Assembly: GCA_015680685.1 (NCBI GenBank)
Contig: MNCI01001177.1
Location: 147,412 to 211,411 of the forward strand
Direction of reading: 5' to 3'
DNA: 64,000 nucleotides
From: Gnetum montanum
Lineage: Eukaryota > Plantae > Gnetophyta
Shown here: positions 25,101-40,100 of the stretch, one piece after another
How the letters are laid out: every line of letters begins with the position of its first letter
Position numbering within the stretch: the first letter of the stretch is position 1
The notes under the pieces: model-generated
The model's input: the letters and a program-made list of their open reading frames with translations, nothing else
The model's database searches: none
Told to the model about the DNA's origin: nothing
Program-made: the position numbers and the translations under genes

Positions 25101-28100
25101 GCTTTAAAACTAGTCTTAACTATTATATAGTTATTCTGTTTTTACCATTACTTATTCATTCTCAAACTTACTGTTACGTATTGTATTTCAGACTAGCTGT
25201 TTACTTAAGTACTTTGTATTCAATTGTACCTGATGATGGATCTAATATGATTTGAAACCTCCTACAGCCCCTTTCCCAAATATTTTTTTTTTTTCAAAAA
25301 GCAAGCTACAAATGGTAGCATTATATTAAGGCAGTTTCTGCCCTGCATCTGTATTTTAAAACCTGCTATGCCAGCTGACAATTTTTCTATATCTTTTCTT
25401 TAAGAATTATAAAACAGTACCGATTTGTTATCAGCTGTAACATTTCCCCATATTCTGTTTGATCTATTTGTAAAGAAGTTTATGGAGTTCTTCCTTTATT
25501 CATTTGAGTTGTCACCTGATATTTGTTTTTACCATATTGTTTTCAGATAAATAATGCACATGAAATTAGAGGTCATGGCCTTGGTTTTGATTGTCATGGT
25601 CAACCAATGCCACTAAAATTTTGTGAGGGAGATTTGGCTAATTTCCTACAAGGTTATTTGCAGTGAAACTATTGAATTTGTCTACTGTTGGCTGATTTTA
25701 ATTTTAAATTTGCAAATAAAGCTTGATTATGCCATTGCAGAACCATATGAGCCCATTCGGGCAAAGTGGACAACTGAGAGATGTGCAATTTGTCGATGGG
25801 TGGAAGATTGGGATTATAACAAAATTATTATTTGCAACAGGTATTGGACAAATTTATGTTTTTATTTTAAAAATAGTTTTCTTAACTGTTAGGATTGATC
25901 ATGAAAAACTTCATTTCAAAGTCTATGTAATTTGTAACATTGTAAATTTTCATTTTATTCTTTCTCAATTATAAATGTTTTTTTCTGTGATTTTAATCTT
26001 TTAATTTCTTAGTTAGATGATTATTACATAAATATTGATCGGCAGATATTGTATATAATTTATAAATATGAACACAGATGCCAAATTGCAGTTCATCAAG
26101 AGTGCTATGGAGTAAGGGAAGTGCAAGATCTTGCAGCTTGGGTTTGCAGAGCTTGTGAAACACCACATATAAGTCGTGAATGCTGCCTTTGTCCAGTTCA
26201 AGGTAGCGCTTCATCATTCTGGATGTTGTAAAAAACTACATTTTATCTAGGAAACTTGAAAAAAAAAATGTAAAATGATGCCAGAACTTGGCGTTGAGAT
26301 ATTTAAAGATTTTGAAATCCTTCGTTTGATTTCCATGTATTTCCTGTCAGGAGGTGCCTTGAAACCTTCTACTACTGGCCTGTTTTGGGTTCATGTCACT
26401 TGTGCTTGGTTTGCTCATGAAGTATCATTCATCAATGACAAGACAATGGAACCTGCTGATGGGATTTTGAAAATTGATGCAAGAACGTTTTGGAAGGTTT
26501 CTTTAAAACTATCTTAATTTTATTGTCTCCTTTATTTACCCATTTCAAGCTTATATAACATGATCATAATTTATCTTGTCGTCTACTCCTGGGTTTCTTC
26601 ACTGTTTACTGCTAAATGTTATGTGGTGGTTTCATTGTTTGATTAATATTCTTTCTTCTCATTTGAATACAGATCTGTAAAATTTGCAAGCAGATGCATG
26701 GGTCGTGCATCCAGTGTTGTAAATGTCAAACTTCTTATCATGCAATGTGTGCTTCTAGAGCAGGTTATCAAATGGAGGTAAGTGATCAGGGATAAAAACA
26801 TAAAATGCAGGCCTTGCATTCAATTTCTGTAAACTAGCTGGTCTCAACATCCTATTTTGGTCAGCCAGTTATAGCTGTGTTTGTTCTGAAAATGTTAGAA
26901 AAGTTTCACTATAGATCTCATTTCCTCCAATCATTCATGGAAAATTCATATTGTTATGTGAGAGAATGGACAGTTTCACTGCTTCACTGCTAAGAATGGA
27001 CAACAAATGACCCAGAAGATTTCATATTGTGCATCACACAAGTAAGTATTTTTCAAAAGCAGCCTTGGATTGGTTTTAAAGTATTGATTGCTTATGTGAT
27101 CATGGTTGAATGATTTCTTATACTTGTTTCTAACTTTTAATTTTTGTTTTGCTGTGTTAGTATGTTCTTTTTTTTGGTTCAAAGTTTGCTTCCTTTGTTC
27201 TTCTGCAGACAACCAAATCCAGATAATGCATTGATCATATCAACTCCTCAAGGGAACTTTTCAACCAGCACAAAATTTCAAGCAATGAAAGCAAGGAGGG
27301 TTCTGAGACTGGTATCATCAAGCAGCAATGTAACCTGTAACTTGGAAAATGGTGTAGAAAATGCTGATGTTGTAGACTATAACCCATGTTCAGTTTCTCG
27401 TTGTCGTGTATACAATCACATTGATAACAAGGTAGTGATAACGTTGTCTGTTTACCTTAACTGTTATTACAGAGGGCATGATATTTTTGTTTATATTGGT
27501 GTTATTTTAAAAATAAGCAAGTGGTAAGTTTGCTTTTTTGTGTATGACACACAATGGTCACAATGATACTCATAGCAACTTCCATTTTTAAAAGTGTACA
27601 GTGATAAGTACATCTTGCTTACTTAGTTGCTTCCTCTAGGTGAATTACAGGTTAAAACATAAAACAGCAATAAATAATGTTACAGCTTAAAGAAGTACAC
27701 ATAAAAATCAACTATGGTAACAGTAATGCCGAAGTGTTGGTGTAGCTCAATTGGTAATTCATTTATTTGACATCCTGCAAATGCCAGGTTCAAATTCCTG
27801 CCCACTGATGAATGGAGGATAAGTTTTCTGAACTCACTTTCTGACGGTAGATACAAAGAAAAATGGAAGTCAGCGATAAGAAAAGAGGCAGAAAAAACCT
27901 TACACTGCTTACCAGGAAGAATCCCGAAAGTTAAAGAAAGCAAATTTAAATATGCCCCGTGAGAGAAACCACAGATAATGAAAAAAATTGATCTTTCTTT
28001 TAGGAAAAAGTTTTGGATATAGGAGAAACAGCAAATGAAAAACCAGAGTCTTTTAGATAAAAATTTTGGATATTCATTAGGAGAAACAGCAAATGAAAAA

Positions 28101-31100
28101 CCGAAGTTAAGGCAAGGAAGAAAAACAGGTTACGGGGGAAAAATTAGATGTGCCTGGTAGAAAAACCGCAAAGGATGAAAAAACTCTGATGTTCATAAAA
28201 AAATTGATGAACAGCTAATGATGAGAAATTGCACAGCCATGCAGAAGTTTTCAAGGAATTGAACTTAAAACCTTGTATTTTTTAAACTATTGGGGTAGCC
28301 ACCAAATTCACAATCTAATCAGTGAAAATTTTTATCATTATAATTTAATCTTAATTGTCCTACCACTTGCCCGGGCTGTGGAGATTGCATGCTGTTTAAT
28401 CACCTGATATGCCATAGGCAATCATACAAGCAAGGTGAGTTAAGGTTCTTAATCAACAAAAACAAAAAATTAAATAATATAAATATCAATCTTAATTTCT
28501 TATATCATATTTATATTATTTATCAATAAGATATTTAGGATATTTATCACACTAATACACACACACACACACACACTAATATTACCAATTTTTTTTATTT
28601 AAAATTTAGGATATTTATGATCAGAAGATATCCACTAATACACACAGAATTTATATGAAAAGGGAATTAAGGCCGGTGATCAGACTATACAAATTTACTG
28701 ACATTATTAGGTCTTCATTTGTAATTTAGTAAAGGTTTAGTCTAAAATACACCCTGATTTCATTCTTACATCCTCGATAATGTAGAGCAATAATAAATGT
28801 ACTATTTAAAGGTCAGTTCTTCTGGTAAAGAGTTGATAGTTATGATCATTATCTTGAAATAAATTATTTTGGCTTGTAATAGCTTCTGAGCAATTTTCAA
28901 GTTCTCATGATCTGTGTTTTCTTAATTAACAGAAATCCAGAACCGCAATTAGTCATAGGGTTATGGGATATAGTCAGCATCCTAGAGAAGCTGTTGAGGC
29001 TCTTAACGGTTCAGTTGTAAGTAGTCTCTCATGCATTCTTAGATTCAAGGTTGCTAGCTCCATGAGCTAATTCTGTGTTTACTTACTCATTGCTGAGCAG
29101 GAGCAATTGGATCAAGGGGAATTCCTGTCTTTCAGAGAGCGCCTTTCTTACAGTCAAGTCAGAAACAAAACATAACGAAATTGGTTTTATATTTTGGTGT
29201 AAATCTCAGTACTTGAAATGCACACTGAGCTAAGTTTTATTGTTGCAGAAAACTGAAAAGCAGAGAGTTTGCTTTGGGAAGTCTAGAATACATGGATGGG
29301 GTCTGTTTGCACGAAGGAATATTCGAGAAGGAGAAATTGTATGCAGTTTGTTTGCATGGTTTTCTTTCTATACAATTTGTTGCAAAAATTTCCTTGCATT
29401 TCATGTTAAAAGGAGATAAAACAAAATTAAGTTGTGTGAATGGAATAGACACTGCAATTTAGCTCTTTTTGGAATTTTTAGGTGCCATTTCTTTTCAACA
29501 CTGTTGATTTTAGTTCAATGAAATCTAAACATATTAGAGAGAGGTGACAATTTTGTTGATTTTGTCCGGTGCACAGATCATTGTTTGTGATTTATTGAAA
29601 ACCATCTTCTTCCTAGATCTGAGTTTTCTGATGACCTTCAGGTTGTAGAATACCGTGGTGAACAAGTGAGAAGAAGTGTTGCAGATTTGAGAGAGAATCG
29701 TTATTGTTTGGAAGGAAAGGATTGTTATGTGAGTTATTAACTCGCTGCTTTATTATATTTATTGCATTGGTTCTATATTGATGTGATTTATTTGATTCGA
29801 TCATTTTTCATGCATGACAAAAGCTGCTTTGTGTTTAAATGAGACCAGAGTATTCACTTGTGTTTTATTTTTCTAAATTCTGCCAAGGAAATTGAGTGGT
29901 TTCTAAAGAGCATGTTCTTCAGTTGGGATCTTTTCATTCATAGGATTGCTACCTTGTCTAACTGATGAACAGTTGAGTTTTAGTTGATGTTTTTGGAACT
30001 AATGTCTTAATGATGTTTTTGAATGTGCTCTAAGATCAATACAAGATAGGCTATTCAAGAATAGGTTTTGTTATACTCGCATCTAGGGTTATGCGTATTG
30101 CATATATCAAGGCTATTCAACACATTTATGATAGAGCCACAACCAGAGTTTGCGTTATTTGTGGAGAAACTATTTACTTGGAATGGTAGGCCTAGATCAT
30201 GCATTTTCTTTAAGCCCTTCTTTACTTACAATTGTTATGGATGAGGTGATAAAAGCATTACTTTGCTCTTTGTAGATTAAATTGTGTTGATGGATAACTC
30301 TAAGAAAGCCCTTGCCATGAAAATGGAGACATGGTAAAAAAACCTTAGAATCAAAATGTTTAATGATTAGAAGAAGTAAAACAAAACATAAGAAGTGCAG
30401 TTTTAATGCAAAAGTGAGTTGTGGAGTTGTTAGTGAGGCATAGCTCAGTTAGCTAGAACATGTGTCTCATGGTTGTGCAAGTCATAAGTTAAATTCCAAG
30501 GGGATTATACTAAGACAGGAGTGGTGGTAAGGTACTTATTTCTCAAGTTGGAAGATGCAGGTTTGAGCTTGGTATAGCTACTTGACAAGGCGTTAGGTTT
30601 TTGCTCATCCACCAACCCTCCTAGGACCTTGCTTGGCAGGATGAGCATTGAGGCTCTGGGTGATGATCCTTTTTTATGCTAAGGCACTTGCCACCTAGGG
30701 TGCAGTGAAAATATATCTTTAGGACCTATAGTGTTAGGATGATAAACTAAACATAAAAATCGTTTACAGAGGAAGATTTTGGAGGTTGAAGAGGCATTGA
30801 AAAAGGAGGCCAAGGCCTGAATTGCAGCAGAGGTTAGTCAAGCTACTGAAGACCTTGAGCTGCATTTTAATTAGAGATGCAAACAAGAAGAGAGATTGAG
30901 GAAATTGAAATTAGATCACACTTGGAGGCTGAGCTTAGAGGGCACATCTGGGAGGAACTAATGCAGGAGGCAGAATTGGAGATGTGCAGGCTGTTGGAGG
31001 AGCAACAAAGAAAGGTAGAGGAAGAATAGATTCAGAGGGAGGAGAAACGTGCATGGAGGGCCACTCAGCAGGAACAGCTAATGTGGAATAGGGAGGAACA

Positions 31101-34100
31101 AGAGCAAGAAGAGATCAGATAGTGCTTCCTGGCTCATCACAAATCCAATACCAGGAACTAGTTTAGGGTAGGTAAATGCCCTTATGTTGTCTTTGGAATT
31201 AATTACTTAACCCCTTGGCCTATCCTCTATTCTTATATTAGGCGGATGTCCTTATCTCTCCACTTGGATAAGGCACAAGGCCTTGATGAAGATTAGAAGA
31301 GATAGAGGGAGGAAAGGTTCCAGACCTTTTAGTAGGCTACCAACTTTATTAGTTACCAGGAGGAATGTAGTACTGTGGACGTGCAGGAAAGACCCATTTG
31401 TGGTTGTAGATCTCTCCTTTTTACTTGATGGGCAATGCTGAGTTGTAAAAAAGAAAGAATTAATTAATTGGCTCTTAACAAAAAATAAAAGGTAAAAAAG
31501 AACTCAAACAACTGATCCCATGTAGTTAAAACAACTGATCCCATGTAGTTAAGATAATGCTAGGATGGTAATGGTAAAAAATCTCTTTCAGGGTTTTGTC
31601 ACTCACTTAATTAAGCAGATCCTTGTACATGCATGGTGCATTAGCTATTTTTCTAAATGGCTCCGGAATATTTTCGCTTTAGGAAATAGACATATTTGCA
31701 AAACCGCCTATCTCTTACAATACTGCTTCATGAAAGCAAACTCATTGTGCTGCATGCTGTATGTACCATAAACCCACTTGCACTACACTGCCTGCGTACT
31801 GAGCCTCGCCACCTGCTTCTTGTACCGTGTTGTTCCTATCAACCCTCACTAGCCAGTGCCTACACTGTCCAGGTCCTGCCCACTTGCTTGTTGTAGCACC
31901 TTTTTTTGTTTGTTTGTTTGTTTGCAGTAGTTTCCTGGCACTGTACCCATTGCAGTTTCACAGCCTGCATGAATCTGAGTCTGAGTTACATTGGCCTGCA
32001 CCGTTGACATCGACATGCCTCCTTTGCATACACCCACCCACCCACCTGCACTCACTTATTTCTGCCTTAAAAACTTTACTGTGGCTGTCTATGGCATCCC
32101 ATACTGATAGGTGATGCTGATGCTGACCATGCATCGCATCATATACCTGCGTGTTTGGAGATAACAGTTTAGCATTTCAAGACATGGATGCAAGCCAGGC
32201 TGGCTTATAATATACCATATATGGATGGGTAACTAGGCAGGGCTGCTGCTGGGCAATGCAACGGAAGTACCCGAACGTGTAGCGCAGACAATGTTTGGTA
32301 GCCTACGTACACAGATGGTTGGGTATTCAGCCTAAGCAGTAGGTGGGCAGGATGGATTTGTGCAAGCATGCAGGATGGTGCCTCAGGTGGTATTGTAGAG
32401 ACAAACTATTTTTCAAAGACCGCTCGTCTTCCAAAGTGAATCTCATGGTTCCAAATTATAAAACATTAGCAGTGATAATAGTTGTCTTCATGCGGTGCAT
32501 ATTTGAATAGGTATTCATTTCAAATGTGCGCCCACTTCCACACCGTTTAAAAGTTTTGTAGTTTTCCATCTGAAAGGGAGTCTTAGGGCTGAGCATGCAA
32601 TTCTCAAATATTTTGTATTGTTCAGTTAATTCATTTACTAGTTTAAAAAAGTTACATTGTTTTTTTGAGGGAACGTCTGGTCATTTATATAACAAGAGGG
32701 GTGAACCCCCAAATTAGCAATTACAATAGCAGTATCATCATGTAGGGTAGAAGATCCTCTAGCAAAACAGATGAACACCCACACTAATCAAAAAGGCCTA
32801 GGCATTCCTATAGGGTATCGAAACCAAAAACTAAAAAATAGTCATGTGCAACATCATAAAGTTTATTTAAAACAGAGGGTGTGCATGTAAAAGCAAAAGA
32901 ACACATAGTTTACAGGCACCACATTGGCTCATCGCACAAGAAGTCATGAGTGTTAAATGTTATCATCGCGCATTCATGGATATTTTCCTATAAGTGAAAG
33001 TTAGCCCAAGGCTTTGGATATTTTCCAAATCTCTGAAGGTTACCTCTACCCATAATTAAATCTCATGCAAGTGGCTTTGAATGATGGACCCTTCTTTAAC
33101 CATTGGCTAACACTAATCCCACAAGATCCTAGTCCACATGTGCATGAATTGAACTACAACCTTTGTAAATAGACATTCTTTGAAAAAGTGTGTTGCAGTT
33201 GCAATCTTCTTAAAGGATACACTAGGAGACCATGGCAAAACTAAAACTTTGTTGCTGGAGTTTTTCCTAAGTGAGCACTGCATGACAAGCCAACAACCAA
33301 GCAAAAAAGCTCGCCTTTGGTCAACAATGTGACATCTAAAAAAGGTCTTATCCTCTTTGGCAAAGGATTGCCTATAAATATATGAGATCCATTGTCTATG
33401 GTTTGTTGAAGCAAAATGTAAGGTATCTTCATGAGCTGAATCAAGGGGGCTGTCTTTTAAGGATGTCAAGAATTTTGGTGAATTGGGCATATCTATTATC
33501 ATCATGAAAGATTGATGGAATTCTTCATTGCCCTCTATTGAACCAATCCTTTACATGTACCATTGGACCTTGGTGCAATAGGGTGACTGCTTCAAAAAAA
33601 ACTTCCCTAATCATTTTGTGATGAGCTTGTCTTATTGAAATACCTTCCACCAAAATGTCTGCTTTCCCAAATTCCTAGTGCCCAAGCAACTAAAGGAAAG
33701 CCCATTCTCTCCTAATGATTTTCCATATGTTTGAGGCTCTGGCTAGGCAAGTCCATAGATTAAGGTAGCACATCCAAAGACAATTGACCCAAGGCTTGTT
33801 CACCCAAGACCAAACCTCCCAAGCCAACTTAGTAGCCAAAATGCAAGCCTACCTCCTGAAATCCTGAAGCCCACAACCACCTACATGAATTGGGATAGCC
33901 ACCTTATCCTAAGCAATCAAATGAAATTGGTGGTATTCCTCCCCATCGGACCAAAGCAAATTCCTCACAATTTGATTGACTTGTGACACAAATTGGGCTA
34001 GGGGATTGAAAATTGGGGTGCACTATAAATGGGAATGCTTGAGAGGAAAGATTTAGCAAGAGTTAGCTTGCTTGCAAAAGATAGAAGCATAGCTCTCCAA

Positions 34101-37100
34101 GAGGCCAACTTCTTTGGCATCTTTCCCGACATTCCCTCTCAACTGTTAGCTGATTTCCATCTACAAAACAGAGGCTACCTTAGATAGGTAGTTGGGAGTG
34201 AGCCAACAACACACCCAAAAACAAACCTGATACGCTCAAACTTTTTTGTCGAGCACCCCACATGGAAAAGCTCTATCTTGTTCTAGTTGACTTCAAGCCT
34301 TGTTGATTAACAAAATCTATCCAATGCCTACATCACCTTTCTGGCCTCAAGGATAGATGCTGGGAAAAAAATCATTATCATCTGGATACCAAAGAGTACA
34401 AAGGTTCCAATGAAATGAGGATGTGACATTCAATTTTTTGATCCATTTGCAAAGGTTATTAGCAATAATAGCAAAGAGATATGGTGATAAAGGGTCACCT
34501 TGCTAAAGGACCTACCATGGGCAAAATTGTTGAGATGTTTATCCATTCAATGAAACTTGAAATCTAACTGTAGAAAGCATGAACCTAACCATATCATAGA
34601 ACCCTCTACAAAACTCCAACTCCTTCAGGGTAAAAAGTAAGGCATCGTAGTCTACCTTATCATATGCTTTTGATAAATCAAGTTTGAGAAAAGAAATCTC
34701 TTGTTTCTGAATGTAAGCCCAATGCAAAGCCTCATTTACCGTAATGACACTATCAATAATGTTCCTCCTAGGGATGAATCTTGATTGATCTGCCTCTATG
34801 ATGTTGGGTAGCAAGGGTTTTAGATGATTTGCCAAAAACTTGGAAAAATTGTATAAAAAACTATTTCAAAGATTGATAAGCTTGCAATCTTGTAAGGATT
34901 GTACCTTCTTGTTCTTGGGCAGCAAGACAATGAAGGTATTATTCCAAGGTTTGGAAAATTACCATACTTGAATCTTGCTTGAAGAAGACCCTCAAAATCC
35001 ATTTCAATAACATCCCAATAGGTTTTGATGCATTCAAAATTCTAGTTGTTTGGACTAGGCATCTTGTGATTTGGTGCCTCAGCCACTATTGAATGAATCT
35101 CTTGTTTAGAGAGTCTTCCTTGTAAGAACTCATTATTAATGGGAGAAAGCAAGTAGGGGATCATACCTTTTGATGAGTCATCATTTGCCTACGTCAATGA
35201 GTGGTTTGTTGTGTTGCATACGTGTCGATGTAGTGCCTTGTGCTGCCTATATAAATGTGTGCACTAGTCACATTTATGGCATTTGATCATTAATTGCTAG
35301 CCAAACTCTTGCATTTTTGTCTTCCCAGAGTTAGAATATTTTCTAAGTGCCCACGGTAGGAGTTGAGAATTATATGGATCTTTATTTGAGCACTGATGTA
35401 CTTGAGCACCTCAGTGTGAACGGCAATAAAAACAAGCTTTCTTCATAAGCCTTGTAGTATTTGGGCTTAGCTTAATGTTTACTTCATGCATTTATATTAT
35501 TCATGCAATTTACTTTAATGCTTTTAAATAATTAATTCATACGATTAATTAATGCACATAAGTATGACCACTTCAAGCATACGTTAATGCTTAGTAATCC
35601 CAGTAGCGCCTAATGCTTGGTAACCTAGTAGCATTGCAACGTGTTTAGGATGTGTATGGAAAGTGGGAATGAATGCTTATGTTGAAATTAGTTAGTTAAA
35701 CATTTAATTACTTTATCTTGAGCACTTAGGCGAATTAATGAAAAACACAAAATGATAAAAATCATGTGCCTTAGTTACACTCAACCATACCTTTGCACTT
35801 CACAAGTGAAACTGAGAAAACAACGATCACGTTCGTTAGATTCATTGCCTAGACCCAATGTACTTAGAGAGCTAAAGTCTACGGAATTTGACCGGATCGC
35901 TTAGTGAATGCTAGTGATTTGTATGGTTGGGCGTAGGGATTGCTCGCTACTCATCATCCAATTGCTAGGATCAACCTTCTCATTTTGATCATACAAGTTA
36001 TGAAAATACGCAGTTGCAACCTAGGGATCCTCTTGGGTATCTAGGGAGAATATGATTAAGAACCTCTTTTGATTTTTCCTATTTGTGATCATATGGAAGT
36101 AGGCGGGATTTTGATCTCCTTCCTTTAGCCACCTCTTGTTGGAGCATTGTTTTTAGTAGACCTCCTCCTCATGAGCCAACGTTCTCACCTATTTTTCTAT
36201 TGCAACTAAATCTTGCATAATGCAGTCGCACTCTCGTAATGAATTTGCATATTGGGAGACATGTTTGCCTCCATTGCTTAGAGCAAAATTGGTGAAACAT
36301 TGCAAGCTTCTTTGACACTTCATGAGATTCAGGACTAACCTCCTCCATGTCCCAAATCTGCACTAGCTGATTTTGAAAACATTTCTTAGAAAGCTAGACA
36401 TTCTCAAATTTAAGAGTTGATCGACAAGAAGTCATATTTTCCCATTCATAGAGGATGGCTTTGTGATATGAAAAAACCTATGGCAAGGCTTTGCCAACTG
36501 GATGGTGAGCAATTTAACATGACCTAAGGAGAAAGAACCAGTCAAGATAAGAGATTGTCCACTTGTTCTTAGGTGTTGGTTGTTTCTAGGTGAAACAACA
36601 AAGGGGAGCCCTAAGCTCCACCAAATCCCCAATATGCTCTAGGTTATCAAGGAAAAGACTCTCCACATTTTGAGTCGATGAACTGGACATTTCCTCTTGC
36701 CATTTTGTGAAATCCCAATCCCCAAAGCTCTAGAACCCTCCTTTTGAACTTTTGTCATTGGGAGCTAATAATAGGATGATAGACATTTAAAATCTTTTAT
36801 CCTTCTCCCGTGATACCAACCATATTAGGAGAAAACATTCTACCTTGAAGATTTAGATTATTTCACCAAAGATAGACCAATCCTTTGCTAAAACCTCAAG
36901 TTGGAATTTTAGACCCTGTCCAGCTAGGCCAGCAATCCCATGAAAAAGCTTCCAGTTTTTATCTCTTGAAGAAGATTAACATCCATAGCATTTGCATGCA
37001 ACATTGTTTTCAAAACTTGGGTTTTCTCTGGTTCTCGAAGACTGGTACAATTCTAAGATAAGATAATCATGTTATTGGAAGCATCTAAGTGTTGCTATCC

Positions 37101-40100
37101 ACTATTATACCTTGTTCTGCTAATGAATTTAGTACTAGCATTGGAGTTGCCTTTTCTTTTTTGCCAGGATTGTCCTTGAACAAACAATTCAGTGCTTCTT
37201 GTCGTCCATTGATAATATCATGAATATTTTTCTTTCTTTGATCTTCCATACTTGATGCCTAGATTGACCCTTTTTCTTGTGGACTACCCAAGAGCAAGAG
37301 CTTTTGGCCATTACTTTTTTAGCACACCTGAAAGGTGAATGAACTCTAGCTTTCTCGCTTTTGTTGGCTTTGCCATGCCTCTTCATCACTCTATTTTGCA
37401 TCTATTTGCCTTTGTTGTTGCTGCCCTCCTGCAACACTTGAGTTTTGCTTTTTTTGAGTGACCAATTGCCAGCCCTCTGAATCATCAACCTTGGCTTTCT
37501 CCTTATTATCCCCTCTAGCCTGTTAAAATAAGGCCATATGCTCTACCTCTAACCTTGATGTGTTCACTAACCCTCCTTGGACTAGAGCTGTAGCTTGTGG
37601 AGATTGGTCTGGCCTCTGTTTTTTTTTCATTGTTGGTGCACTTATCCACGGGGGTTCTTTCAGCAGCTCTAGTGTCCAATCTGGTAAGCCTAGGTGGAAC
37701 TCGTTCCTTCTCCCTATCCTGCCTGGATTTCCTAGCTTACATGTTCTGTGGGCATTGGGTTGAGATATACCCCCACTTAGCACAGATCTTGTAGATATTC
37801 CAGAAATTATCATAAAACACTGATTAGAAAAAGTGCCCATGAGCCTCTTACAGGATAGTCTGCGACAGGACCTCCTTTGCATTCGGTCACAAATCCATGC
37901 CACTACACCAGCACTAGGGATCCTAGAAGATGTGCGTGAATCAATCATCAAAAGTTCCTTAAAGATTTCAATGATTTTTCTCAAAACCCCCTTTGACTAG
38001 AATTTAATTGGGAGTCTAGGGAGATGCATCCACACAACTACCTCTTGGTTTGGATCTTATCATCAATCTCTTTTTGAAATGGCAAATGCCCAAGAACCCA
38101 TTTTTTGACCTGCATGATGAATCAACCAACCTTCTAGGCCATCACCAACTCCATTGCTTTCATATCTTTCTCCTCTGCAAAAATTAGCAACATCGCATTC
38201 CTCCGCAAAAGACTAACCTATACCATGACCCCCTGACTAGGCCTTAGCATCCCATACCTGCAACTCTTTGAGGGCAAGAGCACTTCCATTGAAGCTACCA
38301 AGTGTCCATTGAAAATGTTGTCTCTGTGCCTCAAGTGCCTTTTTTGAGATAAAAACCCTAGGACCATTTGGAATCTTGAAGCTAGCAAAATCCTCTTCTC
38401 TGCAGCCCTCCTCTTGGTTTTGCTTGAACCTTGATTTTCCTTGAAACACATCTACAAATAAAATATGCTTTGAGACCAAACCACTGCTGCCACTTGTGCT
38501 GTTCACCGCATTGCGTGATGTGTCCTCTGAGTGTCTTGCAACCCTAGACAAAGCATTGTCTTGGTTCCACTCGTGCCCATCTGCTGCTCTGCCAAAATCC
38601 TTTTGCATCCTTGAATTGGCTCCTCCTAGATCTCCCATCATCTCTCCAGCTTACACTAACTGTTATTCAAAAAATTACATTATTGTTATTTGCTGGAATG
38701 CTTATTGCTGATTGTCTAGCATTTCAAACAACTTGTTAATATTTCCTGTGAGAGAGTCTGATAATCAAGTAAATGAAGATTGCACATAAATTTTGGCTTC
38801 TCTCTTCAAACGCCATTGATTATCTTAAATACAAAAACTATTTATAGTTGACCTGGTTCCTAGTACCACACCATGTTTCCAAACTTTACATTTGTATATG
38901 GGTGGGTAAAAGGGTCATCATTTGGAGGCTTAATGCTTGTTATGCCAAGTGGGTCCAAGTTCTAGTGGATAAGTGAAAGCCTAACCTCTTTTGGAATGGC
39001 TTGGAATAGCCGTACCCAAGCTTGAACCTAAGCCTTACAACTTGAGAAACATGCACCTTACCATCATTCTAAATGATGACCCTATGTGTAGCATGGATAG
39101 ATTATATAAAAAAGGTCTAATTAATGAGATATTAAATTGCGGTATTTTATTATGGCCCTGTGTTTCTCTGTGCTTGGTTAATTATGGGATAGAGTTATAA
39201 CTACGAAGTTGCATAGTCAGGAGTGAGATACAGAGAACAGTGCAACTTATCATTTTACAGAAATACTGAACAGTAATAGTTTGTGGAACAACTTGCGATT
39301 TTCAGGAATGCTATGAAAGAGTTGTTAATAAAATGCATGGGAAAAAAACTGGCATCAAGAAAAGCTGCTGAGGTAAATAACTTATATAGAGAAATGCTTA
39401 AATGGAGAGGGTCATTGGTATGCTCTTTAAAGTCGTTATGCTCTTTAAAAAAGGAGATATAAAAATCTAAATAACTAGAGATTAATTATAATCAATAATA
39501 TTTTTGCAAAATTTCTAGGCACTTCTAGAATCTATGTTTGGAAGATGGGCTGAAGAAAATCAGATACATGCAATTTCCAAGGCATGATTTAGATAACAAC
39601 ATTTTACTATAGATCATCTCATCACTTCAAAATATTTTATTAATATAGTAAAAGGTCCATAAAAGAAAACTTTTTTCTGCTTTGTAGATTTTTTTAAGGC
39701 TTATGATTCTGTCATTTGAAGCAAGTTATGAAGGTACTTAGAACATGTAGAAGTTTCCAGCATATTGTATGTATTCAGTTTACCAATAGGCAAGAAAGAA
39801 TTTTATTTAATAGTTTTGTTGGTATTCAACAAGGCTACCCTCTTTCTCCTACTTTATTTGGGCTTTTAATTGATGAATTTGAATAGTATATGCATAAAAT
39901 ACCAACTCAATTTGCAATTACAACTGGAAATAGTCCTATGAAACTCCTACTCAATTCGCTTTACTCGTAGTGTTGCAAGTGGTATGAAAGCCTTATTTGC
40001 TTTGAAAAGAAAATATATGAAGAAATCTATTCTAACTTGGGATATCAGAAAACAACTTTATCATGCCATTGTTCAACTTACTATTTTTTGTGGGTGTGTT

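Noticed and set aside
27735-27810. Functional tRNA gene
   Set aside because: A and B boxes are present, but I could not fold the acceptor and anticodon stems
28020-28102. Short direct repeats (25 bp here; also ~31507-31551 and ~41866-41917) and (CA)n/(TG)n tracts
   Set aside because: Ordinary local slippage duplications with no further structure
31760-32400. Possible MITE or fold-back (tcctgcccac with gtgggcagga)
   Set aside because: Only short imperfect inverted matches; no TIR or TSD definable
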